Positions 55,889 to 64,000 of a stretch of 64,000 bases of DNA are shown piece by piece (the stretch's first letter is position 1; each line of letters begins with the position of its first letter). The notes beneath the pieces were generated by a model. It was not told where the DNA came from. It saw only the letters and a list, made by a program, of their open reading frames with translations, and searched no databases. The translations under genes and the position numbers were made by a program. Source of the DNA: a virus; the IMG/VR virus record IMGVR_UViG_3300044911_003339, positions 32,001 through 96,000 of that record; one strand, given 5' to 3'.

Positions 55889-55926
55889 CTTCAATCTGAT
55901 TCGACGTTAGGAGAATCAGATTGAAG
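55889..55926. repeat. Perfect 14-bp AT-rich inverted repeat
   Basis: CTTCAATCTGATTC-gacgttagga-GAATCAGATTGAAG. Confidence 0.85.
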
Positions 55927-55989
55927 GCTTCCCGGATCTCCGGGCGGAGGGGGTCAGACGAGTTGAACGCAGGTAGCTCTGAAGCGTGA

Positions 55990-56730
55990 GGCCCGCGGCG
56001 AGGTGTCTACGCTCGCCCGGCTCGTGTTCAGGATTCCCGGCTATACGAGTCAGCGAAGGGGTGTTGCTCCACACTGGGGTGGGGGGCGTTCGTTGCTCGG
56101 TCCTTCTCAGGACTTCGCATAGCGGCGATGCCGCCGCGCTCACGCGCGTCGAGGTGCCTTCCTCGATCCGGGACGCAGGCTCCGGTATGGCGGGGGTCCC
56201 CCAGTGCGCCGTCCACCACATCGACCCTGTACTGCTCCGCCGCGATTACCGCGGCAGTAGGGGAGGTCGGTCGCGACGCGACCTCACACGAAGAGGCCAC
56301 CTCTGCGGGATGGAAGTGCCAGGATGCACGCTGTTGCAAGGTCCCGCCTCTCGTCGTCGATGCGGCTGCTAGGGCTCGGCCCGATCTCAGCCTCGGCACG
56401 CATACGGCGTGCGCGTCACGAGGCACCGATGCCTCGCTCGCGGTGCCCTGCCAGGGACTACCCGCGAGCGAAGACCCTGGCCGACTTGCAGCCGAAGCGC
56501 AAGTCCTGCATCCTCTGAGGGTCCCGATCTCATGGTTCCTCCCACAGCACCCGCTGAACCCGGAGGCACCAACACGAAGCCCGGTGTGCCAGCACTGGGC
56601 TTCGGCGTTTCTGGGCTACGCGTAATCGTGTAAGACGGGCTTGCTCCCGAGCGTGCGAGTCCCGTAGACCGGCAACGGGCACAGGTCACGGCAGTCCGGC
56701 TCCACCACTGGTTCAAGTCCAGCGTGCGCT
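55990..56730 (+). ncRNA. Candidate large structured non-coding RNA or long structured leader
   Basis: No credible ORF; dense hairpins with G-U pairs on the + strand, one long-range helix and a T-loop near the 3' end. Confidence 0.4.
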
Positions 56731-56748
56731 CGGGAGCGCTACCCACAC

Positions 56749-58161
56749 ATGCGCGTCTTCGTCGGCAACTCCTGGGCGGAACTCATGGGCGCGAGCCCGA
56801 GCTTCCTCGACTCGTGCACGAGGCACCTCGCGGTCTCCCTCGGGGACGATCCAGGGCCGGGCGCGAAGGTCGGTCACCGCTTCGGCGCGCTCTTCTGGGC
56901 GACGCACCAGGGGCAGCGCACGCTCTGGGGCTCGCTGCTCCACGAGAGGCGTCGCGTGGCCTCGGGGCTCGTGCCGTGGGTCGAGGCCCTCGCGCGGCAC
57001 TACGGCGAGCCGATCGAGATCGTCGAGTGCCGCCGCCGCCCCGAGTGCGAACTGCCGATGTGGTCGATCAGCGGCGTCTCGTGGAGGCCGTACCAGGACG
57101 CGGTGCAGAAGCAGATTCTTCTGCATGACCGCGGGGTCGTCGCTGCCCCGCCTCGTTCCGGCAAGACGCTCATGGCCGCGCGTGCGTTCGACGCGATCGC
57201 GCAGCCGTGCCTCTGGCTCGTGCCCAGCCTCGCGATCGGCCGGCAGACCTACACCGTGCTGAAGAAGCACTTCGGGGCCGACTTCGTGGCGCGTCTCGAC
57301 GGCGAGGCGAGCCGCGACGAGCGCGACATCGAGAAGAGGCTCGTCGTCTCGACGATCCAGTCGGCGCTCTCGCAGAGCCCCGAGTGGTTCAAGACGCGCA
57401 AGATGCTCGTCATCGACGAGTTCCATCACGCAGCGGCGGAATCCTATCATCGCCTCAACGCGCTCTGCGAGCACGTCTACTATCGACTGTGCTGGACGGG
57501 CACGCACTTCCGCACGGGAGAGGACGCGCTCGCGATGCACGCGATCTGCTCGACCGTGCTGCACAAGATCGAGTTCGATGACCTCGTGGCCGAGGGCTTC
57601 CTCGCGCCCGCGCGCGTGCTCTTCATGCAGCCGCGAGCGCCCGCTCCGATCTTCACCGACAACCGCTGGATGCAGGTCTACCAGACCGGAATCGTCGAGT
57701 GGGAGCCGCGCAACGCGATGATCGCGTTCACCGCGCGCACGCTCGACGCGAGCGGCGTCCCGACGATCGTGCTCACGCGCCGCCGCGCGCACGCAGAAGC
57801 TCTCGCGAAGATGATCCCCGGCGCGCAGGTCGTGCTCGGCGGAGACGGCGCGCTCCTCTCGCGAGCGATCGCCGACTTCAACGACGGCGTGACGAACGTC
57901 CTGGTCGGCACGCAGGTGATCGGCGAGGGTGTGGACGTTCCTCGCGCCGCAGCGCTCATCTACGCGGCAGGCGGCAACGAAGGGGTGCAGCAGATGCAGA
58001 GCTACTACCGACCGCTCACGGCGTTCCCTGGCAAGAAGATCGGCCTCATCTACGACTTCCAAGATTCCCAGCACGGCATGCTCAACGCGCACGCGCGCTC
58101 TCGGCAGCGCATCACGGCAGAGATCCTCGGCGAGAAGGCTCTCGTGCGGGTGGAGCGATGA
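56749..58161 (+). CDS. SF2 DEAD/DEAH-like DNA helicase (UvsW-like)
   Basis: RPYQ, APPRSGKT, VIDEFHH, TGT, GEGVDVP, Q...R.L....K. Confidence 0.9.
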   Translation: MRVFVGNSWAELMGASPSFLDSCTRHLAVSLGDDPGPGAKVGHRFGALFWATHQGQRTLWGSLLHERRRVASGLVPWVEALARHYGEPIEIVECRRRPECELPMWSISGVSWRPYQDAVQKQILLHDRGVVAAPPRSGKTLMAARAFDAIAQPCLWLVPSLAIGRQTYTVLKKHFGADFVARLDGEASRDERDIEKRLVVSTIQSALSQSPEWFKTRKMLVIDEFHHAAAESYHRLNALCEHVYYRLCWTGTHFRTGEDALAMHAICSTVLHKIEFDDLVAEGFLAPARVLFMQPRAPAPIFTDNRWMQVYQTGIVEWEPRNAMIAFTARTLDASGVPTIVLTRRRAHAEALAKMIPGAQVVLGGDGALLSRAIADFNDGVTNVLVGTQVIGEGVDVPRAAALIYAAGGNEGVQQMQSYYRPLTAFPGKKIGLIYDFQDSQHGMLNAHARSRQRITAEILGEKALVRVER

Positions 58162-58829
58162 GCGCCGACCTGCTCGCGCGCTACGACGCTCTCTGCCAGG
58201 AGCACGGCGTCTACTCGGGCAAGCGCAGCCTCTCGCGATTCCGTGAGCCGATGGAGCACTACGCAGCGTGGTGCGCGGAGAGGCAGATCGACCCGAAGCT
58301 CTTCATGCGATTCCGGTTCGAGCAGGCGCTCGCGCGGCACAAGGCCGCACCGAGCATCAAGACGCTCGTGAGCGACGACTCCGCGCAGGAGTACCTCCGC
58401 ACGGAGGCAGGCGCGTCCCTCGCGGTGTTCGAGCAGACCGTGAAGCCCGTCTACGATCTCGTGGGGCCGGGCAACGGACGAATCTACTCGCTCGTGCGAG
58501 ACGCGATGTGCGCGCCCGAGCCCTACGTCGAGCGCTTCCGGCACCAGCAGGTCTCGACTGGCAGGGCGTGGGCGTGCCGCTCCGAGCGCCTCAGGTTCGG
58601 AATCGGGTATGACCCTCGGAGCAGCGTGTGTCCTCGCTGCCCCGAGGCTGCTCTCTGCGCGCAGCAGACGAGCGCGGAGATCGGCTTCGACATCACAGCG
58701 CTACGCCGAGGAGACTTCGACTTGCTCCCTGAGATTCCCAAGAAGGTCGCACGCCACAGCTCGGAGCTTCACGCTCTCGTGAAGCAGGGCTCCGCTGCTC
58801 GCCGCCGCGCAGCACGGAGGCTCGCATGA
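58158..58829 (+). CDS. Hypothetical replication-associated protein with C-terminal Cys cluster
   Basis: ATGA-coupled between the two helicases; C...Y.P.S..CPRC....C. Confidence 0.7.
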   Translation: MSADLLARYDALCQEHGVYSGKRSLSRFREPMEHYAAWCAERQIDPKLFMRFRFEQALARHKAAPSIKTLVSDDSAQEYLRTEAGASLAVFEQTVKPVYDLVGPGNGRIYSLVRDAMCAPEPYVERFRHQQVSTGRAWACRSERLRFGIGYDPRSSVCPRCPEAALCAQQTSAEIGFDITALRRGDFDLLPEIPKKVARHSSELHALVKQGSAARRRAARRLA

Positions 58830-60169
58830 CCTCGCTGTCGGAGTTCGGAATCGACTTCCAGCGCGCCATCGTGCGGCTCGCGCAGGTCGATGACGCGTTC
58901 GCCTACCGCGCAGTGAAGCACGTCGAGCCCGGCTTCTTCTCGATCGAGCCTCTCGGCTGGTTGTGGAAGGGAATCCGCGCGCACGTTGAGGCGTACCGCA
59001 AGCCTCCATCGGACCTCGTGCTCAACGAGTGGCTCCGCACGCTGCCCGGCGACAAGCAGCCGGTCTACGCGCCCGAGGTGTACGCGGTCCGCACGCTCGG
59101 CGAGGTGAAAGACTCGGAGTACGTGAAGCACAAGCTCCGCGACTTCCTTCGTCGGAATCTGTTCGCGACCGCGCATCGAGAGAGCGCGCTCCTCTTCAAC
59201 GAGAACAAGTTCGACGAGAGCTACGACGTGATGGCGAAGGCGCACGACGCCATCGCGACGCTGGATTTCGAGATCGTCGATCGCCAGTGGTTCTTCGACG
59301 AGGTGAGCGAGCGCCAGCACTCGCGCGCTCTCGCAGCGATGTCGTTCGAGCAGAACTTCACGACGGGCGTGACGATGCTCGACAGGATCTCCGAAGGTGG
59401 CGTGAAGCTCGGCGAGGTCTGGTCGATTCTGGGCTACGCGAAGCGCGGCAAGACCACGTGGTTGATCAACCAGGCGTTCGGAGCGACGCGCGTGCATCGC
59501 GCTCCCACGCTCGTAATCAACATGGAGGGCAAGGGCTCTCAGTGGGCCGACAAGCTCGACGCGTGCTTCTCACGCGAGTTGTACTCCAACGTGAAGCGCG
59601 GCCAGATCGATCCCGTGCTCTGGCGCGAGATGCACGCGGAGTACCTCGGGCTTCGTCGTCTGCTCGTAATCCGCACACGCAACGAGTGGGACACGAACAT
59701 CCTCGACATCCAGGCGGAGATCGACGAACTGCGCGCGCAGAACTTCAAGCCGCGCATGCTGATCGTGGACTACATGGATCTCGGCCGCTCGCGTGACCGC
59801 GTGGATTCCGAGACCGCGCACCAGATCGCGTTCGGTCGCGACCTGAAGCGGCTCGTCGTGAACGAGGAGATGGCGTGCTGGACCGCGTGGCAGGCGCAGC
59901 GCCCGAAGGCCGACGCGAACGTGCGCGAGCACATCATCACGTCCGGCATGGTGGCCGACGCCTACGCGAAGGTGCGCATCGTGGACGGCTTCGGATCGAT
60001 CAACGCGACCGATGAGGAATGGAAGCGCGGCCACGCGCGCCTCTACTGGGAGAACTACCGCGACGCTGCGGTCAACGAGACCTTCTGGCTCCAGAACGAC
60101 CTCGCGCGCATGCGAATGGCGGTCGCCTCTGGTGCAGGCGTAGACCCGAGCACGATGGGGCATCCATGA
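58826..60169 (+). CDS. DnaB-like replicative helicase
   Basis: TG...LD....GG...GE, G.AKRGKT, NMEG, LIVDYMD, WTA.Q.R. Confidence 0.88.
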   Translation: MTSLSEFGIDFQRAIVRLAQVDDAFAYRAVKHVEPGFFSIEPLGWLWKGIRAHVEAYRKPPSDLVLNEWLRTLPGDKQPVYAPEVYAVRTLGEVKDSEYVKHKLRDFLRRNLFATAHRESALLFNENKFDESYDVMAKAHDAIATLDFEIVDRQWFFDEVSERQHSRALAAMSFEQNFTTGVTMLDRISEGGVKLGEVWSILGYAKRGKTTWLINQAFGATRVHRAPTLVINMEGKGSQWADKLDACFSRELYSNVKRGQIDPVLWREMHAEYLGLRRLLVIRTRNEWDTNILDIQAEIDELRAQNFKPRMLIVDYMDLGRSRDRVDSETAHQIAFGRDLKRLVVNEEMACWTAWQAQRPKADANVREHIITSGMVADAYAKVRIVDGFGSINATDEEWKRGHARLYWENYRDAAVNETFWLQNDLARMRMAVASGAGVDPSTMGHP

Positions 60170-60615
60170 GACCGCTGATCTTGGAAGACGGGCAGCAGGA
60201 TCGCTTCGCAGAACACGTGAAGCGCGTCATGAGCGCGCTCTGGGTTGACACGACCGATTACGAAATCGACGCGCACCTTCGGCAGACGTGCGCGCAGTGG
60301 CTCGACGGCACGACCTGCGACATCGTGATCGCGCGCGAGTCCCTGGACAACGGAGATGTCCGGCTGGACGTGGACTTCCGCTGGAGGGTCGGCACGCCCC
60401 TTTCCGGTGCGAGTCTCACCGGGGAAGGGCCCATCGCGGGCGTCTCCTTCGCATTCGATCGTGAAGGTCCCGTCATCAAGTTCCGATTCTTGCGCAAGGG
60501 CTGGGAGTCCCGCAGCTTCGCCCCCTCCACCTCCTCGCTGCCGCTCGACCACACCAAGCTCTCGAATCGCGACTTCGCCAAGCTCATGCGCGAGCGCAGG
60601 AGCGGCGGTCGATGA
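60166..60615 (+). CDS. Hypothetical protein
   Basis: ATGA coupling on both sides. Confidence 0.65.
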   Translation: MRPLILEDGQQDRFAEHVKRVMSALWVDTTDYEIDAHLRQTCAQWLDGTTCDIVIARESLDNGDVRLDVDFRWRVGTPLSGASLTGEGPIAGVSFAFDREGPVIKFRFLRKGWESRSFAPSTSSLPLDHTKLSNRDFAKLMRERRSGGR

Positions 60616-61670
60616 GCAACGTGCGCAGGGCGCTCGCGCAGTTCGACGCGCACGCGTTCGTGCGCAAGCATGGAGGCCGGAAGGAATCCAGTTCGGCGCT
60701 CTCGCAGGAGTACCTGCTCAACTGCCCCGCGTGCGGCTCGTCGCGTCTGCGCTGGAACGCAGCGAAGAAGCAGGGCGCGTGGACGTGCTGGGGCTGCCAT
60801 CGCTCCGGCGACACGCTCTCGCTCGTGAGGCTGCTCGAACGCACGACCGACATGGGCGCGATCGACTTCGTGATGCAGGGCTACGTCGGAGGAGACCAGC
60901 CGACGAACCTCGAACCGCTCGGAATCGTCGCGCCTCGCGCGCCCCAGCGCGCCACCGTGAAGCACCTGCCCGCGATCTCGTGGCCTCACGGTGTGGACCT
61001 GCTCGCGCCCGTGCCTGCTCACGCACGAGCGTTCGATTACCTGCGAGGTCGAAAGCACTTCGGCGTGGACCCCGCGCTGCTCGCGCCGCATCGCGTCGGC
61101 TTCGGTCGCTCGGGCCGCCTCGACGGCTACCTCGTGTTCCCGTGCTGGATGGACAACGGGCTCGCCTACTGGCAGGGCCGCGCGACGTGGGACCCTCCCG
61201 CGGGCACCGACGAAGAGGTGCGCGCGTGGAAGGAGAGCACGGGCTACCGCAAGACGCTGAACCCCGTCGCGGTGCCCGGAGCGGCTACGGCGAGCGACGT
61301 GATCTTCGGCTTCGATCACGCGCGCACGGCCGAGCACGTCGTCGTGTGCGAAGGTCCCTTCGATGCCGCGCAGATCGGAATCCCTTCGACGGCGGTCGCG
61401 GGTGTCGCGCTGCTCGGGAAGGCGTGGAGCGATCAGAAGCTCGCGCGCCTCGCACGCCTCCCGGCACGACGCGTGACCGTCTACCTCGACCGAGGTCGCG
61501 ACGAGTGGGAATCCGCGTGCCGGCTCGCCGCCGCGCTCTCTCCCTACGTGGAGACCTACCTCGCGGTCCCTCCCGAGGGGTGCGATGCCGGATCCCTGAC
61601 CCCCCAGCACAACGCGGTCGTGCTCGCGCACGCCACCCGGTACGCGGGGCAGGCCCTCCAGGGCGTCTGA
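60612..61670 (+). CDS. DNA primase (Zn finger + Toprim)
   Basis: CPAC..CWGC, YL.GR, FP....G...WQGR, VCEGPFDA, LLGK, VYLD, DAG. Confidence 0.88.
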   Translation: MSNVRRALAQFDAHAFVRKHGGRKESSSALSQEYLLNCPACGSSRLRWNAAKKQGAWTCWGCHRSGDTLSLVRLLERTTDMGAIDFVMQGYVGGDQPTNLEPLGIVAPRAPQRATVKHLPAISWPHGVDLLAPVPAHARAFDYLRGRKHFGVDPALLAPHRVGFGRSGRLDGYLVFPCWMDNGLAYWQGRATWDPPAGTDEEVRAWKESTGYRKTLNPVAVPGAATASDVIFGFDHARTAEHVVVCEGPFDAAQIGIPSTAVAGVALLGKAWSDQKLARLARLPARRVTVYLDRGRDEWESACRLAAALSPYVETYLAVPPEGCDAGSLTPQHNAVVLAHATRYAGQALQGV

Positions 61671-61687
61671 TAATCCTGAGTCTTTAC

Positions 61688-61728
61688 GGCGACTTCTGAG
61701 AATCTTTCGGAGATTTTCCAGAATCGCC
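61688..61728. other. AT-rich long hairpin at the replication/early-gene boundary
   Basis: GGCGAcTTCTG-AGAATCT-ttcgg-AGATTTT-cCAGAATCGCC. Confidence 0.55.
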
Positions 61729-61876
61729 CTCCGACGGTCCATCTCTCTGAGTGTCGGTCGCTGCTGGGCTTCGTGCTCGGAGGAACCGACTTCGGAGCGG
61801 TGTCGGCCCCTGCGGGGTGTGCGGTCGCTCCCCAACTCTGCGCTGCGTAGGTCGCAGCGCTCTCTGGGAGGGCATC

Positions 61877-62101
61877 ATGCTCATGCACGTCGGCGCGGTC
61901 TCGCGCGTGGTCGTCTCGTCGCGGTACGAGGACCGGGCGGTTCGCTCGGTCTCGCGGTCGAAGGATTCGGTCGTCTGCTGCGGCCGGGTCGAGCGGGAGG
62001 AGTGGTCGTGGCGGTGCGCGCGGTGCAACGCGCGCGGCGTCGGCAACCGGAACCGCTGCGACTGCGGCATGCCCGTCGTCCCCAACCTCAACTACGTCTG
62101 A
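61877..62101 (+). CDS. Small zinc-finger protein
   Basis: SD GGGAGG; W.CARC......RC.CG. Confidence 0.6.
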   Translation: MLMHVGAVSRVVVSSRYEDRAVRSVSRSKDSVVCCGRVEREEWSWRCARCNARGVGNRNRCDCGMPVVPNLNYV

Positions 62102-62114
62102 AGGAGAAGGAATC

Positions 62115-62432
62115 ATGGACAGCTATCAGGATTCGGTCGAGCACGGCAAGGCTCTCGCGGCGGCGGTCGGTCGCGCGGTGAAGAAGGTCTGGCCGGGCAC
62201 GACGGCGCGCCTCAACTACGTCGGCACGGGTTCGAAGGCCCATCGGCGGCAGGTCTGGCTCCGGTGCCCGGACGGCTACTGCGTGGACGTGTGGCTCGAC
62301 GGCGCGCAGTCCACGGCGCAGGTCGGCGGCGTGGTCGGGCGGCAGGGCGTGCCGCGGGTCGTCGGCGTGGGCTCGGTCGGCGATTACGTGGTCGAGGAGA
62401 TGCGGGCGCGTGGCGCGGCAGGAGGTGCGTGA
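62115..62432 (+). CDS. Small hypothetical early-type protein
   Basis: SD AAGGAG/AAGG upstream. Confidence 0.65.
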   Translation: MDSYQDSVEHGKALAAAVGRAVKKVWPGTTARLNYVGTGSKAHRRQVWLRCPDGYCVDVWLDGAQSTAQVGGVVGRQGVPRVVGVGSVGDYVVEEMRARGAAGGA

Positions 62433-62671
62433 TGGCGATGGTGAAGCGCTTCGTCGTGACGCACGCGAGCCAGAAGCTCGGGCTCCGCATCCTGACCTTC
62501 CCGGCCCAGGGCCGGTGGACGTTCGAGACGCGCGAGGAAGCCGAGAAGGTGCTCGCGACCTTCGCGCCCTCGCTGCGCGAGAAGGTGCTCGGCGACCTCG
62601 CGGACACGCTGGAGGTCACGGAAGTGGATTGCTATCCGGGTCATCACGACCCCTCACGCACGGTTTTCTGA
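62432..62671 (+). CDS. Small hypothetical early-type protein
   Basis: SD GGAGGT; TGATG coupling. Confidence 0.65.
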   Translation: MAMVKRFVVTHASQKLGLRILTFPAQGRWTFETREEAEKVLATFAPSLREKVLGDLADTLEVTEVDCYPGHHDPSRTVF

Positions 62672-62683
62672 AGGGAGCGAACG

Positions 62684-62980
62684 ATGGAACGAGGAGATTA
62701 CGTCAAGGTCCGGGCTCTCGCGGGTGTCGCCTGCGTCTTCCTCGGGCCCGGCCGGGTATGGGAGCAGACGACGGTGCTCGTCGAGAACGAGGACGGCGAA
62801 GAGGTCGAGCACGAGATTCCGGGCGACGGCGAGTGGGTCCCCGACGAGTCGGTCGCTCGTGTGCGCATGGTCGGCGACGACACGGTGTACGAGGTCGATC
62901 CCGACGACTGCAAGCCGCTCGACGAGAGCGAGTTCTGCGGCTCCTGCGGGCAGATGGGCTGCTCGCACGGGCGGCAGTGA
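62684..62980 (+). CDS. Small acidic protein with C-terminal C..CG..GC.H
   Basis: SD GGGAG; MVGDD....VD..D...L....FC..CGQ.GC motif. Confidence 0.7.
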   Translation: MERGDYVKVRALAGVACVFLGPGRVWEQTTVLVENEDGEEVEHEIPGDGEWVPDESVARVRMVGDDTVYEVDPDDCKPLDESEFCGSCGQMGCSHGRQ

Positions 62981-62990
62981 AGGAGGAATC

Positions 62991-63230
62991 ATGAGTCTGG
63001 CTTTCCGATACAGCCTGCGGGCGATCGAGGTCCGCTGCGGTTCGCGCGTCTGCGCGCTCGCAGTGGACTCGGGATTCACTGGCGCGAGCCTCGTGCTCAC
63101 GAGCGGCGAGGATTGGGTCTGCCTCTGGTACGAGACCCTGGACGCCGCGGCCAAGGCCGCCGCGGACTACCTCGTCGTGTTCGCGACGCACCTCGAATCG
63201 AAGGCGACGCTCCCCGCGTTGCCGCGCTGA
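62991..63230 (+). CDS. Small hypothetical protein
   Basis: SD AAGGAGG. Confidence 0.6.
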   Translation: MSLAFRYSLRAIEVRCGSRVCALAVDSGFTGASLVLTSGEDWVCLWYETLDAAAKAAADYLVVFATHLESKATLPALPR

Positions 63231-63232
63231 CC

Positions 63233-63279
63233 GCGCGTGTGGTGACAGCCGAGGTTCGACTCCTCGGCCGCGCATTCCA
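63233..63279 (+). ncRNA. tRNA-like top-half (acceptor + T-arm mimic), not a complete tRNA
   Basis: GCGCG..GCCGAGG-TTCGACT-CCTCGGC-CGCGC-ATTCCA. Confidence 0.5.
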
Positions 63280-63294
63280 ACAGGGAGGGATTCA

Positions 63295-63666
63295 ATGCTC
63301 GGAATCAACGTGGTGAACGCGCTTCGTGCGCAGGAGATGAAGATGAAGACGGATCAGGATTCGGTTCCCCTCACCCCCGGCGAGGAGAACCTCTCGCACT
63401 TCGCCCCCGACGAGCACACGACCATCCGCATCGGCAGTCGCGTGCGCCTGAACGATGAGACGCTCGCGGAGTACCGCGCCGCGGGGATCAGCGAGGGCAC
63501 GCGCGCCGCGTACCGCAAGGGCGGCACCGTCACGCAGATCGTCACGCATCGCCGCCACGGCTGGGTCTCCATCCGCATCCGGCTCGACGAGCCCTTCTCG
63601 CACGCGGACGGGTCGGGAGGCGACCCCTACACGTGGCAGGCACCCGGTGACCTGACCTCGCTCTGA
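63295..63666 (+). CDS. Hypothetical protein (SH3/KOW-like beta domain possible)
   Basis: SD GGAGG; IG.RV.L....GTV..I pattern. Confidence 0.6.
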   Translation: MLGINVVNALRAQEMKMKTDQDSVPLTPGEENLSHFAPDEHTTIRIGSRVRLNDETLAEYRAAGISEGTRAAYRKGGTVTQIVTHRRHGWVSIRIRLDEPFSHADGSGGDPYTWQAPGDLTSL

Positions 63667-63718
63667 GGTCTGTCAGTTCAGCAACAAGTCGATCGTCAAC
63701 AACCAGGAGAAGAGAACC

Positions 63719-64000
63719 ATGGATTACTCGAACAGCAGCAAGAACGATCTCATCGCCCTCGTCGTCGCTCGCGGCCTCGCGAAGAACAAGACCGCGGCCC
63801 GCGACATCAAGGCGGCTGACCTCCGCGCGATGCTCGCGGAGAACGACACCGCGAACCGCGCCGCGCTCCGCGAGTCGATCGACCCGACCCCGGTCGTCAC
63901 CGCCCGCGCGCCGAAGATGATGCCGGGCCAGGAGCCCTACACGCCCGCGGAGATGGCGCGCCTCAACTCGCTCGTGAGCGATGCGGCCCGCGCGAACGTC
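63719..64000 (+). CDS. Hypothetical protein, 3' truncated; N-terminal HeH/SAP-like motif
   Basis: SD AGGAG; MDYSNSSKNDLIALVVARGL...KAADLRAML; frame open to the window end. Confidence 0.65.
   Translation, partial: MDYSNSSKNDLIALVVARGLAKNKTAARDIKAADLRAMLAENDTANRAALRESIDPTPVVTARAPKMMPGQEPYTPAEMARLNSLVSDAARANV

Larger units (their letters stand above)
1..64000 (+). mobile_element. Large myovirus-type bacteriophage genome segment (SPO1/Twort-like gene order): packaging, head, tail, lysis, replication and early genes
   Basis: Continuous co-oriented TerL-portal-protease-scaffold-MCP-neck-sheath-tube-TMP-baseplate-helicase-primase genes. No host housekeeping genes, integrase or att-like boundary seen. 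Confidence 0.95.

Noticed and set aside
56670-56735. Possible tRNA gene around GGTTCAAGTCC
   Set aside because: T-loop is present but no consistent 7-bp acceptor, D arm or anticodon arm could be built; kept only as part of the structured-RNA candidate.
55916-56746. Short ORFs on both strands in the intergenic gap
   Set aside because: No SD, atypical codon usage, mutually overlapping and not protein-like.
56749-61670. Inteins, introns or homing endonucleases in helicase, primase or terminase genes
   Set aside because: Motif spacing is normal; no intein termini (C...HN) or LAGLIDADG/HNH inserts were seen.
1-64000. Prophage boundaries, integrase, CRISPR array, DGR or stop-codon recoding
   Set aside because: No host genes, recombinase, reverse transcriptase or repeat-spacer arrays seen; genes are full-length under the standard code.

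Overview
The whole window is one contiguous, nearly all + strand segment of a large, GC-rich (roughly two-thirds G+C by eye) contractile-tailed dsDNA phage. Gene order resembles SPO1/Twort-like (Herelleviridae-like) phages: terminase large subunit (partial), portal, prohead protease, scaffold, major capsid, neck, sheath, tube, tail chaperone with a probable +1 frameshift, tape measure, baseplate, fibres/tailspike, membrane/lysis genes, SF2 helicase, DnaB-like helicase, primase, then small early-type genes. Spanin-like genes suggest a diderm host, but the host cannot be determined from this sequence. The most unusual region is ~21 kb around the portal (5.2-26.1 kb), which encodes very large modular proteins: ParB-like + zeta-toxin-like kinase, MuF + zincin, ART/Tpt1-like + sigma70-like, and zincin + LysM-like + SNF2 helicase. 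These share short recurring tags (hydrophobic-x-K|[S/A/G] sites also seen in portal, scaffold and capsid; an HKY..R..G.W.Y.Y-type motif; an RF[VIF]I strand). I interpret them as a protease-processed, head-packaged, injected cargo system with swappable effector cassettes. Other notable signals: a ~750-nt structured non-coding region upstream of the helicase operon, a 12-bp tRNA top-half mimic, a lone antisense gene carrying a baseplate-wedge motif, leaderless-type promoters, and apparent avoidance of several 6-bp palindromes. All functional calls come from motif recognition by eye; no searches were run.
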